In this document: in pieces, positions 9,197 to 18,324 of the stretch
Layout of the letters: every line of letters starts with the position of its first letter
Position numbering within the stretch: position 1 is the stretch's first letter
Source of the DNA: an uncultured Acidimicrobiales bacterium
GTDB lineage: Bacteria; Actinomycetota; Acidimicrobiia; Acidimicrobiales; SHLQ01
Direction: 5' to 3'
Length of the DNA stretch: 64,000 nt
NCBI GenBank assembly: GCA_938041035.1
Contig: CALHYX010000010.1
Coordinates: 43,719 to 107,718, forward strand
Notes under the pieces: model-generated
What the model was told of the DNA's origin: nothing
Seen by the model: the letters and a program-made list of their open reading frames with translations, nothing else
Database searches by the model: none
Program-made: the position numbers and the translations under genes

Positions 9197-9892
9197 TCAG
9201 CCCGATTCCGCCTGGTCGAAGTCGGCGTACGCCTGGTCCATGGCCGCCTGCAGCCGACGCCCGAACTCCTCGGTGCGCTCGGAGAGTTCGCGGCGGTTCA
9301 AACGACCTTCCGGGGGTGGGAGGGGTTCGCCGACCACGATGGCGATGGTGGTGCGGCGGGGTACCTTCGTGCCGCTCGGCAACGCCTCGCCACTTCCGGC
9401 AATGCCGACGGGCACGATGGTGGCGTCGGTCTTGCTGGCGAGCCAGATCGTGCCGTCGAAGAGCTCGCCGATCTGACGACCCGCCTGCCGGGTGCCCTCG
9501 GGAAACACGAGCAGCGGCTCGCCCCGATCGAGCACGAGGCGGGCTGCCCGGGTGGCTTCGCGGTCGGCGGTGCCCCGTTTCAGCGGGAACGCGCCGAGTG
9601 AGGAGATGTACCAGGCGAACGGTTTGAGCGAGAAGAGCGATTCCTTGGCCAGCACGCGCAGTCGACGCTCGCTCAGGGCGGCGACCAACGGGCTGTCGAG
9701 GTTGGAACGGTGGACCGGGGCCACGAGCAGTGGGCCGGGCAGGTTCAGCTTTTCCCGGCCGCGCACGGTGACCCTGAAGTACGGAAAGATCGCGCTGCGA
9801 ATGAACGATCGGGTCGCCCCGTGCACCCGCTCGGCCATGGCGCTGTCGCCCACGGCGAATGACCATTCGCGGAGATCGTCGTCGTCGGACAC
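9197..9892 (-). CDS. 1-acyl-sn-glycerol-3-phosphate acyltransferase (PlsC family)
   Basis: The HRSNLD-like H(X4)D box (PVHRSNLDSP) and the FPEGTR motif are present. Confidence 0.75.
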   Translation of the reverse strand: MSDDDDLREWSFAVGDSAMAERVHGATRSFIRSAIFPYFRVTVRGREKLNLPGPLLVAPVHRSNLDSPLVAALSERRLRVLAKESLFSLKPFAWYISSLGAFPLKRGTADREATRAARLVLDRGEPLLVFPEGTRQAGRQIGELFDGTIWLASKTDATIVPVGIAGSGEALPSGTKVPRRTTIAIVVGEPLPPPEGRLNRRELSERTEEFGRRLQAAMDQAYADFDQAESG

Positions 9893-9901
9893 GCCCGGAA
9901 T

Positions 9902-10834
9902 CTACCCGGTCGACGCCGCGGCGGTATCGGCGGGGAGCAGGCGCCATGGTTCGCGGGGGAGCTCGGCGGCGTCGAACCGTTCGAGCAGGGTGGCGACATC
10001 GGGAGTCTCCGTCGGCCCCGCCAGGCCCAGGCTCCGGGCCAGCCACGAGCGAACCTGGGTGGCGTCCTCGCCGAGCTCGGCCCGGTCGGCCAGGGTTACC
10101 GCCCCGTCGCGTTTCGCCAGCCGGTCTCCGGCGGCGTTGAGGACCAGCGGCACGTGGGCGTAGCTCGGAGGGGTCCGTTCGAACAGCTCGTAGAGCAGCA
10201 GGTGCCGAGGTGTCGACGACACGAGGTCGTCGCCCCGGACGACCTGTTCGACGCCGGCGGCGTCGTCGTCGATGACGACGGCGAGGTTGTAGGACGGCTC
10301 GCCGGACTTCCGTTCGATCACAAAGTCGTCGACCGTCCCGGTGTAGGGACCCGCGATCAGATCATCGAATGAAAAAGATCGGCCCTCCGCTCGGATGCGC
10401 AGGGCGGGGGTACGCCCGTCGCGCTCGCGTTCGCGTCGATCGGTGGCGGTGAGGCCTCGGCAGGTGCCGGGATAGAACCCGTCCGGGTTGAGCGGAGCGT
10501 TGGGGGCGGCGCCGGCCTCGCGGATCTCGCGTCGGGAGCAGTAGCAGGGGTAGGTCAAGCCGGCATCGCGCAGCGTCTCGACCGCTTCGGCATAGATGTC
10601 GAGCCGCCCGGATTGATGGACGACGGGTTCGTCCCAGTCGAGGCCGAGCGCCGAGAGGTCGGCGAGTTGGCTCTCGGCGTAGGCGGCCTTCGCCGCGACC
10701 GCGTCGAGGTCTTCGATGCGCATCAGGAATCGGGAGCCGGTCGAGCGGGCGAACAGCCACGCGACGAGGGCGGTGCGCAGGTTGCCGACGTGAAGGTCGC
10801 CGGTGGGGCTGGGCGCGTAGCGGCCGACGGGCAT
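9902..10834 (-). CDS. gluQ: tRNA glutamyl-Q(34) synthetase GluQRS
   Basis: The product (RYAPSPTGDLHVGNLRTALVAWLFAR...YPCYCSRREI...) is a class I GluRS catalytic-domain paralog lacking the anticodon-binding domain. The start is taken at internal MPVGRY; the track ORF extends further 5'. Confidence 0.75.
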   Translation of the reverse strand: MPVGRYAPSPTGDLHVGNLRTALVAWLFARSTGSRFLMRIEDLDAVAAKAAYAESQLADLSALGLDWDEPVVHQSGRLDIYAEAVETLRDAGLTYPCYCSRREIREAGAAPNAPLNPDGFYPGTCRGLTATDRRERERDGRTPALRIRAEGRSFSFDDLIAGPYTGTVDDFVIERKSGEPSYNLAVVIDDDAAGVEQVVRGDDLVSSTPRHLLLYELFERTPPSYAHVPLVLNAAGDRLAKRDGAVTLADRAELGEDATQVRSWLARSLGLAGPTETPDVATLLERFDAAELPREPWRLLPADTAAASTG

Positions 10835-10862
10835 GCGCCGACCGTACTCGTTGGTCGTTGAG

Positions 10863-12131
10863 CTACAGGGTTGCGGCGACGGCGCTGCCGACGAACTCGC
10901 CCTGGGCGAGATCGACGCGTGCCATCGTGAGGGCGTCGAGGTCGTCGGCATCGTCGATACCCACGGCGAGGGTGACGATGTCGAGCGCTCGGGCCACGGT
11001 CGCGACCGCCGCTACGAGCTGCTGGCGGGCCGGGTCGGTCGAGATGCCGCTCGTCAGGTTTGGCTGGAGGCGGAGTACGTCGGTCTCGAGGGAACCGAGA
11101 TCGGAGAGGGTGGCGCCGGCATCGAACACGGTGCTGAGCCGGACCGAGATACCCGCTTCTCGCATCGGGTCGAGCTGATCGGCGACGGCATCGATGTCGC
11201 TGCGTTCGCGGCCCGACAGTTCGAGCCCGATCGAGCCGGGGGTCACACCGTTTTCGGCGAGGATGCTGCGCATGTCCTCCGGTGCGCCGGAGACGCGAAG
11301 CACGGCGGCGGGAACCGGCAACCAGATGCGTTCGAACCGGGCCGCCTCTTCGCTGGCGGCGAGCCGGGCGAGGGCGCCGAGGGCGAGGTCGAGGGCATCG
11401 GCCATCGATGCCAGCCCGCCGGCGAACAGCGCCTGAGGACGCAGGCCGGTATCGACGAGCACTTCCGCGCTGCTGAGCCTGCTTGTCGCGGTCTCAAAGC
11501 GGGGGGCGAGGAGCCACTTGAGGTTCACGGGATCCGGCGCCCGGGCGGCGTCGATCGACTCTCGGATCTCGCCGTTGTCCACCGCGTAGGGGCGGATCGT
11601 CCAGCGGGCCTGGTCGAGGGCAAACTGGGCTCGCTGCAGGAGCTGACCCGGCGTCGATTGCGGACTCGCCACGGCGATGCCGATTCGGGTGCGGACGACG
11701 ACCTGAGCGCCACCGGCCTTCACCGTTTCGGAGAGACGGCGACCGATGCGCTGAGCGATGGTGTCGAGCACCTGGGGGTCGCTGGGTAGGGCGGTCAAGA
11801 TGATGCCGACGCGATCGTCGGCGACCGGGGCCACCAGATCGTCGTCGCGAAGAAGTTCGCTCACGGCGCTGGCGACGGCACCGCCGATGCCTTTGGCGGC
11901 CGCCTTGCCGAACTGATCGGCGATGCGGGGAGTGTCTTCGACCGCGATGAGGAAAAAGGCGACGTTGCCGCCCCCGGGTTTGTCGATCGCCTTGGCCAGA
12001 AATGCTTCGAGGTCGTTCGGTCCGGGCATGGAACTCATGCCGAGCAACGACTTGGCTATCTTCTGAAACGGATTCCCCAAAGATGTTCCCACCCTTGCGC
12101 TATCGACGCGACCCTTCGCGACCTTGAGCAA
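10863..12131 (-). CDS. degenerate GGDEF-EAL-like signalling protein (likely catalytically inactive)
   Basis: The C-terminal region LAVGIDDADDLDALTMARVDLAQGEF resembles EAL motifs, but the catalytic residues have diverged. The N-terminal GGDEF-like fold lacks the GGDEF signature. Confidence 0.4.
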   Translation of the reverse strand: MLKVAKGRVDSARVGTSLGNPFQKIAKSLLGMSSMPGPNDLEAFLAKAIDKPGGGNVAFFLIAVEDTPRIADQFGKAAAKGIGGAVASAVSELLRDDDLVAPVADDRVGIILTALPSDPQVLDTIAQRIGRRLSETVKAGGAQVVVRTRIGIAVASPQSTPGQLLQRAQFALDQARWTIRPYAVDNGEIRESIDAARAPDPVNLKWLLAPRFETATSRLSSAEVLVDTGLRPQALFAGGLASMADALDLALGALARLAASEEAARFERIWLPVPAAVLRVSGAPEDMRSILAENGVTPGSIGLELSGRERSDIDAVADQLDPMREAGISVRLSTVFDAGATLSDLGSLETDVLRLQPNLTSGISTDPARQQLVAAVATVARALDIVTLAVGIDDADDLDALTMARVDLAQGEFVGSAVAATL

Positions 12132-12180
12132 CTTGTTCCTTTTGGCCCGGCGGGGAAAAACCTGGCCAAATCAGGGGGGT

Positions 12181-13092
12181 TCAGTGGCTTGGATCGCCGG
12201 CGGGGAGCGCCTTTTGCCCTTCGATCAGTTGCGGAACGGGGGTGGATACCGGCTTTTCGATCTCGGCACCGGCGGAGCCGTGCACGAGTACCTTGGAGTC
12301 CATACCGGCGGGGTAGCGGTACAGCAGCTCGGGGGCGACGGCGGACCAGAACTCCGCGGCGAGGCGGGGCAGGTCGGCGAACTGCGGGCCCGGCGCCAAC
12401 GGGCGGTGGCAGAGCAACCAGCTGCCGGCGAGCTCGAACTCGACGTTTTCGTCGGCGTCGAGAATGAAGTCGACCATGTTCGGGCTGAGAAAGTCCTGGG
12501 AGAACCCCTCGTGCTGGCCCCGAATGGTCATGTGTTCGAGCAGCTCGGGGTCGTACACGTCGACGTTTTGGATCGGGAGCGGTCGGTAGTCGATGCTGCG
12601 ATTCCGATTCTCGATAACCATGCGGGGGAAATAGGCGTCGACCCTGGTCAGCGCGGCGGAGCGAACGGTCCCGTAATGGGCGTGCACCGGAGGAAGTGGT
12701 TGCTCGATGCGGCGTCCGATGTGGAGGTCGTCCTCGGTCTCATCGACGTTCGGGTGCACCTCGTAGTCGAACGCGTGGATGACTGCGCCGGCCGCGTTCT
12801 CGGCGACGACCATGTTGGTGATCTCGACGTGGTTGTCCTTGCCAAAGGCGTCGAAGACGAGCAGGGATGCGCCGAGAACGTCTTCGTCGACGTAGTCGTA
12901 TCCAGCCTGGGCCACCGCCCGTCGAATCTCACGCTTGCGGCCCAGCAGGTTCTCGTGGGCCCAGTGAAACAAAAGCGCGAGGACACCGCAGACGACGATC
13001 AGCAACACCAGCCAGGCGATGAGGCTGGTGTTGAGTCCACCCGCGGCGGCCTCGACGTCCTCCTGAGCCAGGAGTCCTGCGAATGCGTACAT
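12181..13092 (-). CDS. hypothetical membrane-anchored protein
   Basis: A single N-terminal TM helix (LIAWLVLLIVVCGVLALLF) is present. Codon usage in this frame is coding-like, while the opposite-strand ORF 12124..13551 is Gly/Arg-rich junk. Confidence 0.4.
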   Translation of the reverse strand: MYAFAGLLAQEDVEAAAGGLNTSLIAWLVLLIVVCGVLALLFHWAHENLLGRKREIRRAVAQAGYDYVDEDVLGASLLVFDAFGKDNHVEITNMVVAENAAGAVIHAFDYEVHPNVDETEDDLHIGRRIEQPLPPVHAHYGTVRSAALTRVDAYFPRMVIENRNRSIDYRPLPIQNVDVYDPELLEHMTIRGQHEGFSQDFLSPNMVDFILDADENVEFELAGSWLLCHRPLAPGPQFADLPRLAAEFWSAVAPELLYRYPAGMDSKVLVHGSAGAEIEKPVSTPVPQLIEGQKALPAGDPSH

Positions 13093-13155
13093 GGACTGAT
13101 CATCGACGCTTGCGCGGGCCCGGTTGAGAGAAAAAGGGGAGCGGGTGAACCGTGT

Positions 13156-13536
13156 TCAGCCGGAGGATGCCACCGCGGTTTGCAGACGGCCCGAGAGGCT
13201 CTCGGCGACGGTTTTCCGGTAGGTGGCGAGCTCGGCGTCGTCGGCATCGGGTGTCTCGATCAGCGCCTGCCACATCGCTATGGATCCGCCGGGGTCGGTG
13301 ACGACGATCACGGCTTCTTCGTGGAAACCGACCGGGGCATCGTCGACGGTGAACACGACCCGCCAGGGTGCCTCGTAGGAGATGACGCGGGCGGTGACCT
13401 GTTCGGTTCCGACGGTGTGCTGCGTCCGGTCGTCGAGCGAGCCGACCCCGAGGTGGGCCACGATGCTCTCCCATACGGCGGCGCGGGGGTGGGGGAGATA
13501 CTGCTCGGCCACATGGCGTTCGTAGGTCAAGGTCAT
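13156..13536 (-). CDS. small hypothetical protein
   Basis: A 126-aa ORF with coding-like composition and no recognised motifs. Confidence 0.35.
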   Translation of the reverse strand: MTLTYERHVAEQYLPHPRAAVWESIVAHLGVGSLDDRTQHTVGTEQVTARVISYEAPWRVVFTVDDAPVGFHEEAVIVVTDPGGSIAMWQALIETPDADDAELATYRKTVAESLSGRLQTAVASSG

Positions 13537-13572
13537 CGATTGCCAGCGTAGGCCCGTAGCCTTTCGGCTGAG

Positions 13573-14448
13573 ATGTCAGAACTACGCGTCACCCATACGA
13601 GCACGGTCACCGAGGACCAGATCGATCACCTCGGCCACATGAACGTGCGCTTCTACGCTGCGAATGCCCGGGAAGCGACGGCGGCGATGCTCGCCGATCT
13701 CGGTGCGGTCCCACCCGGGGACCTGCTCGTGGCCGATACCTACACCCGCCATCACCAGGAGCAATTGCTCGGGAGTCGACTGGAGGTCCGTTCCGGCGTG
13801 ATCGAGGCGGATGCCGGCGGCGTACGGCTCTACCACGAGCTGGCGAACGCGGAATCGGGCGCCCTCGCTGCGAGCTTCGTGCACGGCGTGCCCGTGGAGG
13901 AAATGCCCACCTTTACCGGTGCGTCGGTCGTCGTCCCCGCCCACGGCGGGCCTCGGAGCATTTCCCTCGCGATGGACCCGCTGGCGCTCGCGCCGACGCT
14001 CGACGTCGCTCGCGCGTCGAGCTTGGCCATCCGGCGCGAGCGTGATGTCGACGAGGTCGATTGCGAGGGATCGGATCGGGTCGCGGCCCACATGGTGCCG
14101 CACCTGATCTGGGGTGGCGACAACCTCGCGGGTACCGAACCGGAGTACCACCATGTGGGCCCGAACGGCGAGAACATGGGCTGGGCGACGATGGAGACCC
14201 GCGTCTGCGTCAACCATTTGCCCGCCCTCGGCTCCCGAATTCAGAGTTTTTCGGCGACGGTCGCCATCCGCGACAAAACCACGCAGATGGTGATGTGGGC
14301 CTTCGATGTTGCGACCGGCGAACTGCTGGTGAGTTTCGAGGTGGTGAATCTGGCGTTCAACATCGATGAGCGGCGGGCGATGTCGATCCCACCGGAGATG
14401 CGAGCCGCTGAGCAGGAGCGGCTGCGGCCGGAGTTTGGCGTCGGCTGA
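13573..14448 (+). CDS. acyl-CoA thioesterase, tandem hotdog fold
   Basis: The 4HBT-type motif DQIDHLGHMNVRFY is present, and a second hotdog repeat occupies the C-terminal half. Confidence 0.6.
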   Translation: MSELRVTHTSTVTEDQIDHLGHMNVRFYAANAREATAAMLADLGAVPPGDLLVADTYTRHHQEQLLGSRLEVRSGVIEADAGGVRLYHELANAESGALAASFVHGVPVEEMPTFTGASVVVPAHGGPRSISLAMDPLALAPTLDVARASSLAIRRERDVDEVDCEGSDRVAAHMVPHLIWGGDNLAGTEPEYHHVGPNGENMGWATMETRVCVNHLPALGSRIQSFSATVAIRDKTTQMVMWAFDVATGELLVSFEVVNLAFNIDERRAMSIPPEMRAAEQERLRPEFGVG

Positions 14449-14490
14449 GCCGGCGGGCAGGTTCAACCCGAACCGGTACCGTGGTCGGCG

Positions 14491-15666
14491 ATGGCGAACA
14501 ATCCCTTCCTCGTCGACCGGCTTCAGGGGCTGGGCACCACCATCTTCGCCGAGATGTCGGCGCTGGCGGTCAAACACGACGCCGTGAACCTGGGGCAGGG
14601 GATGCCCGATACCGACGGCCCTGCGCTGGTGGCCGACGCCGCCATCGAGGCCATCCGGGCCGGCCACAACCAGTACCCACCGCTGCCGGGCCACCCGGTG
14701 CTCCGCGAGGCCATCGCCGACCATCAGCGCCGGTTCTACGACCTGGCGTATGACCCCGCGGACGAGGTCCTGGTGACCGCCGGAGCAACCGAGGCGATCG
14801 CCGCGGCCATCCTCGCGACCTGTGAGTCGGGCGACGAGGTGGTGATGTTCGAGCCGTACTACGACAGCTATGCCGCCACCTGCGCCTTGGCCGACACCAC
14901 CCGGCGCGTCGTGCAGCTGCGTACGCCGGACTACTCCTTCGCCGCCGACGAACTGCGAAGCGCTATCGGCCCCCGCACGCGGGTGCTGTTGTTGAACACC
15001 CCGCATAATCCCACCGGGAAGGTGTTCTCCCCCGACGAGCTCGCCGTCATCGCCGAGGTGGCGATCGAACACGATCTGATCGTCGTCTCCGACGAGGTCT
15101 ACGAACATCTGGTGTTCGACGGTCGCCGACATGTGCCGATCGCGACGTTGCCCGGGATGCGCGAGCGCACGGTGACGATCTCGTCGGGCGGCAAGACGTT
15201 CTCGTTCACCGGATGGAAGATCGGCTGGGCGTGCGCCCCGCCGGAGTTGCTGGGCGCCGTACGTACCGCGAAGCAGTACCTGACCTTCGTGAACGGCGCA
15301 CCGTTTCAGCATGCGATCGCCGCGGGCCTGGCCATGCCCGACGCGTTCTTCGAGGGCTTCGCCGCCGAGCTTCAGGCGAAGCGAGACCACTTGAGCGCCG
15401 GGTTGGAAACGGCGGGTTTTGCGGTGCTGCCCTCGGCGGGCACGTATTTCGTGACGGCCGACATCACCCCGTTCGGGGTGACCGACGGCCTCGATTTCTG
15501 CCGCTCGCTGCCCGAGCGGTGCGGTGTGGTCGCCGTGCCCAACGCGGTGTTCTACGACGACAAAGCCGCCGGTTCGCCGTTCGTGCGGTTCAACTTCTGC
15601 AAGCGGTCAGAGGTGCTCGACGAAGGGGTCCGCCGGCTGCGGGCCATGGGAGAAGCGAGCCGATGA
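14491..15666 (+). CDS. PLP-dependent aminotransferase, class I (MalY/DapC/methionine aminotransferase-like)
   Basis: The PLP lysine region SSGGKTFSFTGWKIGW is present, along with NPTG and the N-terminal NLGQGMPD motif. Confidence 0.8.
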   Translation: MANNPFLVDRLQGLGTTIFAEMSALAVKHDAVNLGQGMPDTDGPALVADAAIEAIRAGHNQYPPLPGHPVLREAIADHQRRFYDLAYDPADEVLVTAGATEAIAAAILATCESGDEVVMFEPYYDSYAATCALADTTRRVVQLRTPDYSFAADELRSAIGPRTRVLLLNTPHNPTGKVFSPDELAVIAEVAIEHDLIVVSDEVYEHLVFDGRRHVPIATLPGMRERTVTISSGGKTFSFTGWKIGWACAPPELLGAVRTAKQYLTFVNGAPFQHAIAAGLAMPDAFFEGFAAELQAKRDHLSAGLETAGFAVLPSAGTYFVTADITPFGVTDGLDFCRSLPERCGVVAVPNAVFYDDKAAGSPFVRFNFCKRSEVLDEGVRRLRAMGEASR

Positions 15667-16433
15667 AGGTCGCCGGGATACAGCACGACATCGTGTGGGA
15701 GGACGCGGCGGCCACCCATGCCCGCGTGGCTCCGAGGATCGCCGCCGCGGCGGCCGAGGGCGCCGAGCTGGTGGTGCTGACCGAGATGTTCAGCACCGGC
15801 TTCTCGATGAACACCGAGGTGATCGCGCAGCCGGTCGCCGGTCCGTCGGCGACGTTTTTGGCGGACCAGGCGGCCGAGCACGGGGTGTGGATCGCGGGTT
15901 CGATCTCGACCGATCCGGGAGACGGCGGGTTGGCCGCCAATCGTTTCCACCTGGTGTCGCCCGATGGTTCGACCACGACGTACGACAAGATTCACCCGTT
16001 CACCTTCGCCGCCGAGGACGAGCACTACCGAGCGGGTGATTCGTTTGTGGCGCAGGAGGTGGCCGGCGTTCGTCTGTCGCTGTTCGTCTGTTACGACCTT
16101 CGCTTCGCCGACGAGTTCTGGGCGGTCGGGCCCGACACCGACTGCTTTGTGATCGTCGCCAACTGGCCGGCTGCTCGCAGCCATCACTGGAGCTCGCTGC
16201 TCGTGGCCCGGGCGATCGAGAACCAGTGCTACGTGGTGGCGGTGAACCGGGTGGGGTTCGGTGGCGCGAAGAAGTCGCTCGAGTACTCCGGCGACTCGGT
16301 GATCATCGACCCGCTCGGTCGGACCATCGCGGCGGCGACACCGGGCGCCGAGGAGACCATCCTCGCCGACGTCGACCCGTCCGAGGTGGTCGCGGTGCGA
16401 GACCGGTTCCGCTTTCTCCAGGACCGCCGATGA
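15663..16433 (+). CDS. carbon-nitrogen hydrolase (omega-amidase/nitrilase superfamily)
   Basis: MKVAGIQHDIVWED, the E-K-C triad context (LTEMF...CYDLRFADEF) and the motif NRVGF are present. The ATG overlaps the aminotransferase stop in an ATGA arrangement. Confidence 0.75.
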   Translation: MKVAGIQHDIVWEDAAATHARVAPRIAAAAAEGAELVVLTEMFSTGFSMNTEVIAQPVAGPSATFLADQAAEHGVWIAGSISTDPGDGGLAANRFHLVSPDGSTTTYDKIHPFTFAAEDEHYRAGDSFVAQEVAGVRLSLFVCYDLRFADEFWAVGPDTDCFVIVANWPAARSHHWSSLLVARAIENQCYVVAVNRVGFGGAKKSLEYSGDSVIIDPLGRTIAAATPGAEETILADVDPSEVVAVRDRFRFLQDRR

Positions 16434-17830
16434 CGGACGCACCTCGCGCCGCCTTGGCCGGGCTGTGGAAGCTGGTCGGTGGCGCCGACGAAGCGATCGA
16501 GACCGTGACCTTCAGCGGGTCGGCCCACGTACTTCCTTCGATCTTCGACGTGACGACCGCGGCGACGGCGTCGATCGCCGGGGCCACGCTCGCCGCGGCC
16601 GAGCTGCACAGCCACCGCAGCGGGGCGGCGGTGCTGCCACCGGTGGCGGTCGACTCCCTGGAGGCGTGCGTCGCGTTCTTGAGCACGAATCTGTTGCATG
16701 TGCACGGTGAGTCGCCCCCGGCTCTGTGGGACGACCTGGCCGGGCACTATGAGGCCGCCGACGGCCGGTGGATGCAGCTGCACACCAACTTCGCGCATCA
16801 CCGCGAGGCGGCGGTGCGCGCCATCGATGCCGGCCAGGATCGAGCCGACGTCGAGCGGGCGATCGCGTCGCGCAGTGCCTTTGACTTGGAGGTCGACATC
16901 GCCGCCGAGGGCGGGGTGGCCTTCGTGCTGCGCTCCACCGAGGAATGGCGATCGCACCCGCAGGGTCAGGTCTATGACGACCTCGACGTCGTCCGGCTCG
17001 ATCGGCTCGACGATGCACCGGCGGAGCGTCGCCCAGGTACCGATGGTCCGCTGAGCGGGTTGCGGGTGCTGGACCTCACGCGCGTGATCGCCGGGCCGGT
17101 GGCGGGGCGTACGCTCGCCGGTTGGGGCGCCGACGTGTTGCGGGTCGGGGCGGAGCATCTTCCGGTGATCGGCGCGGCGTTGCCCGACACGAACCTGTCG
17201 AAGCGGTTTACCAACCTCGACCTGCGCCGCGCCGGCGATGCGGAGATCTTCCGGTCGTTGGTGAAACAGGCCGATGTGGTGTTGCGCGGGTACCGCCCGG
17301 GCGCGCTCGATGCGCTGGGCTTCGGGCTCGAGGAGCTGGCGGCGTTGCGGCCCGGGCTCGTCGTCGTCGATGTTTCGGCGTTCGGACCCGTCGGACCGTG
17401 GGCGCCGCGCCGCGGTTTCGACAGCCTGGTGCAGACGACCTCGGGTATCGCCCACGCGGGCATGGTCGCCGCCGACAGCGATCGACCCAAGCCGCTGCCG
17501 TGTCAGGCTCTGGATCACGCCACCGGCTACTTCGCGGCGATGCTCGCAATGCGCGGGCTGACCCGGCGCATGATCGACGGCAGCGGTTGGTACGGGCAGG
17601 CATCGCTCGCCGGCACCGGCCGATGGTTGGAGGACCTCGGTTCCATTCCGGGCGGACTCACCCAACCCGACCTCACCGATGCCGAGGTCGCGCCCCAGAT
17701 GGTCGACGTCGACGGAGCCGATGCCACCTACGCGGTGGTCGCCCCGCCGGGCCGCATCGGCGGCATCGACCGGGCCTGGTCAGCGCCCGCCACCGGGGCC
17801 ACCGACAAACCGGTCTGGCTCGACCGCTAG
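16430..17830 (+). CDS. CoA transferase family III (CaiB/BaiF-like)
   Basis: LSGLRVLDLTRVIAGPVAGRTLA is present, and a conserved Asp lies in GFDSLVQ. The start overlaps the upstream stop in an ATGA arrangement. Confidence 0.7.
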   Translation: MTDAPRAALAGLWKLVGGADEAIETVTFSGSAHVLPSIFDVTTAATASIAGATLAAAELHSHRSGAAVLPPVAVDSLEACVAFLSTNLLHVHGESPPALWDDLAGHYEAADGRWMQLHTNFAHHREAAVRAIDAGQDRADVERAIASRSAFDLEVDIAAEGGVAFVLRSTEEWRSHPQGQVYDDLDVVRLDRLDDAPAERRPGTDGPLSGLRVLDLTRVIAGPVAGRTLAGWGADVLRVGAEHLPVIGAALPDTNLSKRFTNLDLRRAGDAEIFRSLVKQADVVLRGYRPGALDALGFGLEELAALRPGLVVVDVSAFGPVGPWAPRRGFDSLVQTTSGIAHAGMVAADSDRPKPLPCQALDHATGYFAAMLAMRGLTRRMIDGSGWYGQASLAGTGRWLEDLGSIPGGLTQPDLTDAEVAPQMVDVDGADATYAVVAPPGRIGGIDRAWSAPATGATDKPVWLDR

Positions 17831-17895
17831 TCGCGCGAGCCGGAATCGCGACCCGGCAGGGAATAGAAGTCCTGCGCCCGGAGGTTGGTCGATCC

Positions 17896-18321
17896 ATGCG
17901 CCCGATGAACCCTGAAGAGATCCGCTCGTTTCTGCTGGAGGGGACCCGCACAGGAAAGCTGGCGTGGGTGGCCGGGAACGGCCAACCCCATGTGGCGCCG
18001 GTGTGGTTCACCCTCGACGGAGACGACGTCGTGTTCAATACCCACGTCGACACGGGCAAGTCCAAAGCCATGGAGCGGGAGGGTCGGGCCTGCCTGGTCG
18101 TCGACGACCAGGCGCCGCCGTACTCGTTCGTGAAGGTCGACGGCACGATCTCCTTCGAGGCCGACCTCGACCGCGTGCGCGCCGTGGCCACCGAGATCGG
18201 CGGGCGTTACATGGGTGAGGATCGGGCGATCGAATTCGGCGAGCGCAACGGGGTGCCGGGCGAACGGATCGTCCGGCTGACACCGACGAAGATCACGGCG
18301 TTGGCCGACGTCAGCGACTGA
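17896..18321 (+). CDS. pyridoxamine 5'-phosphate oxidase-family / F420-dependent PPOX-class protein
   Basis: The 141-aa product (MRPMNPEEIRSFLLEGTRTGKLAWVAGNGQPHVAPVWF) is typical of the PNPOx-like split-barrel fold. Confidence 0.6.
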   Translation: MRPMNPEEIRSFLLEGTRTGKLAWVAGNGQPHVAPVWFTLDGDDVVFNTHVDTGKSKAMEREGRACLVVDDQAPPYSFVKVDGTISFEADLDRVRAVATEIGGRYMGEDRAIEFGERNGVPGERIVRLTPTKITALADVSD

Positions 18322-18324
18322 TCG

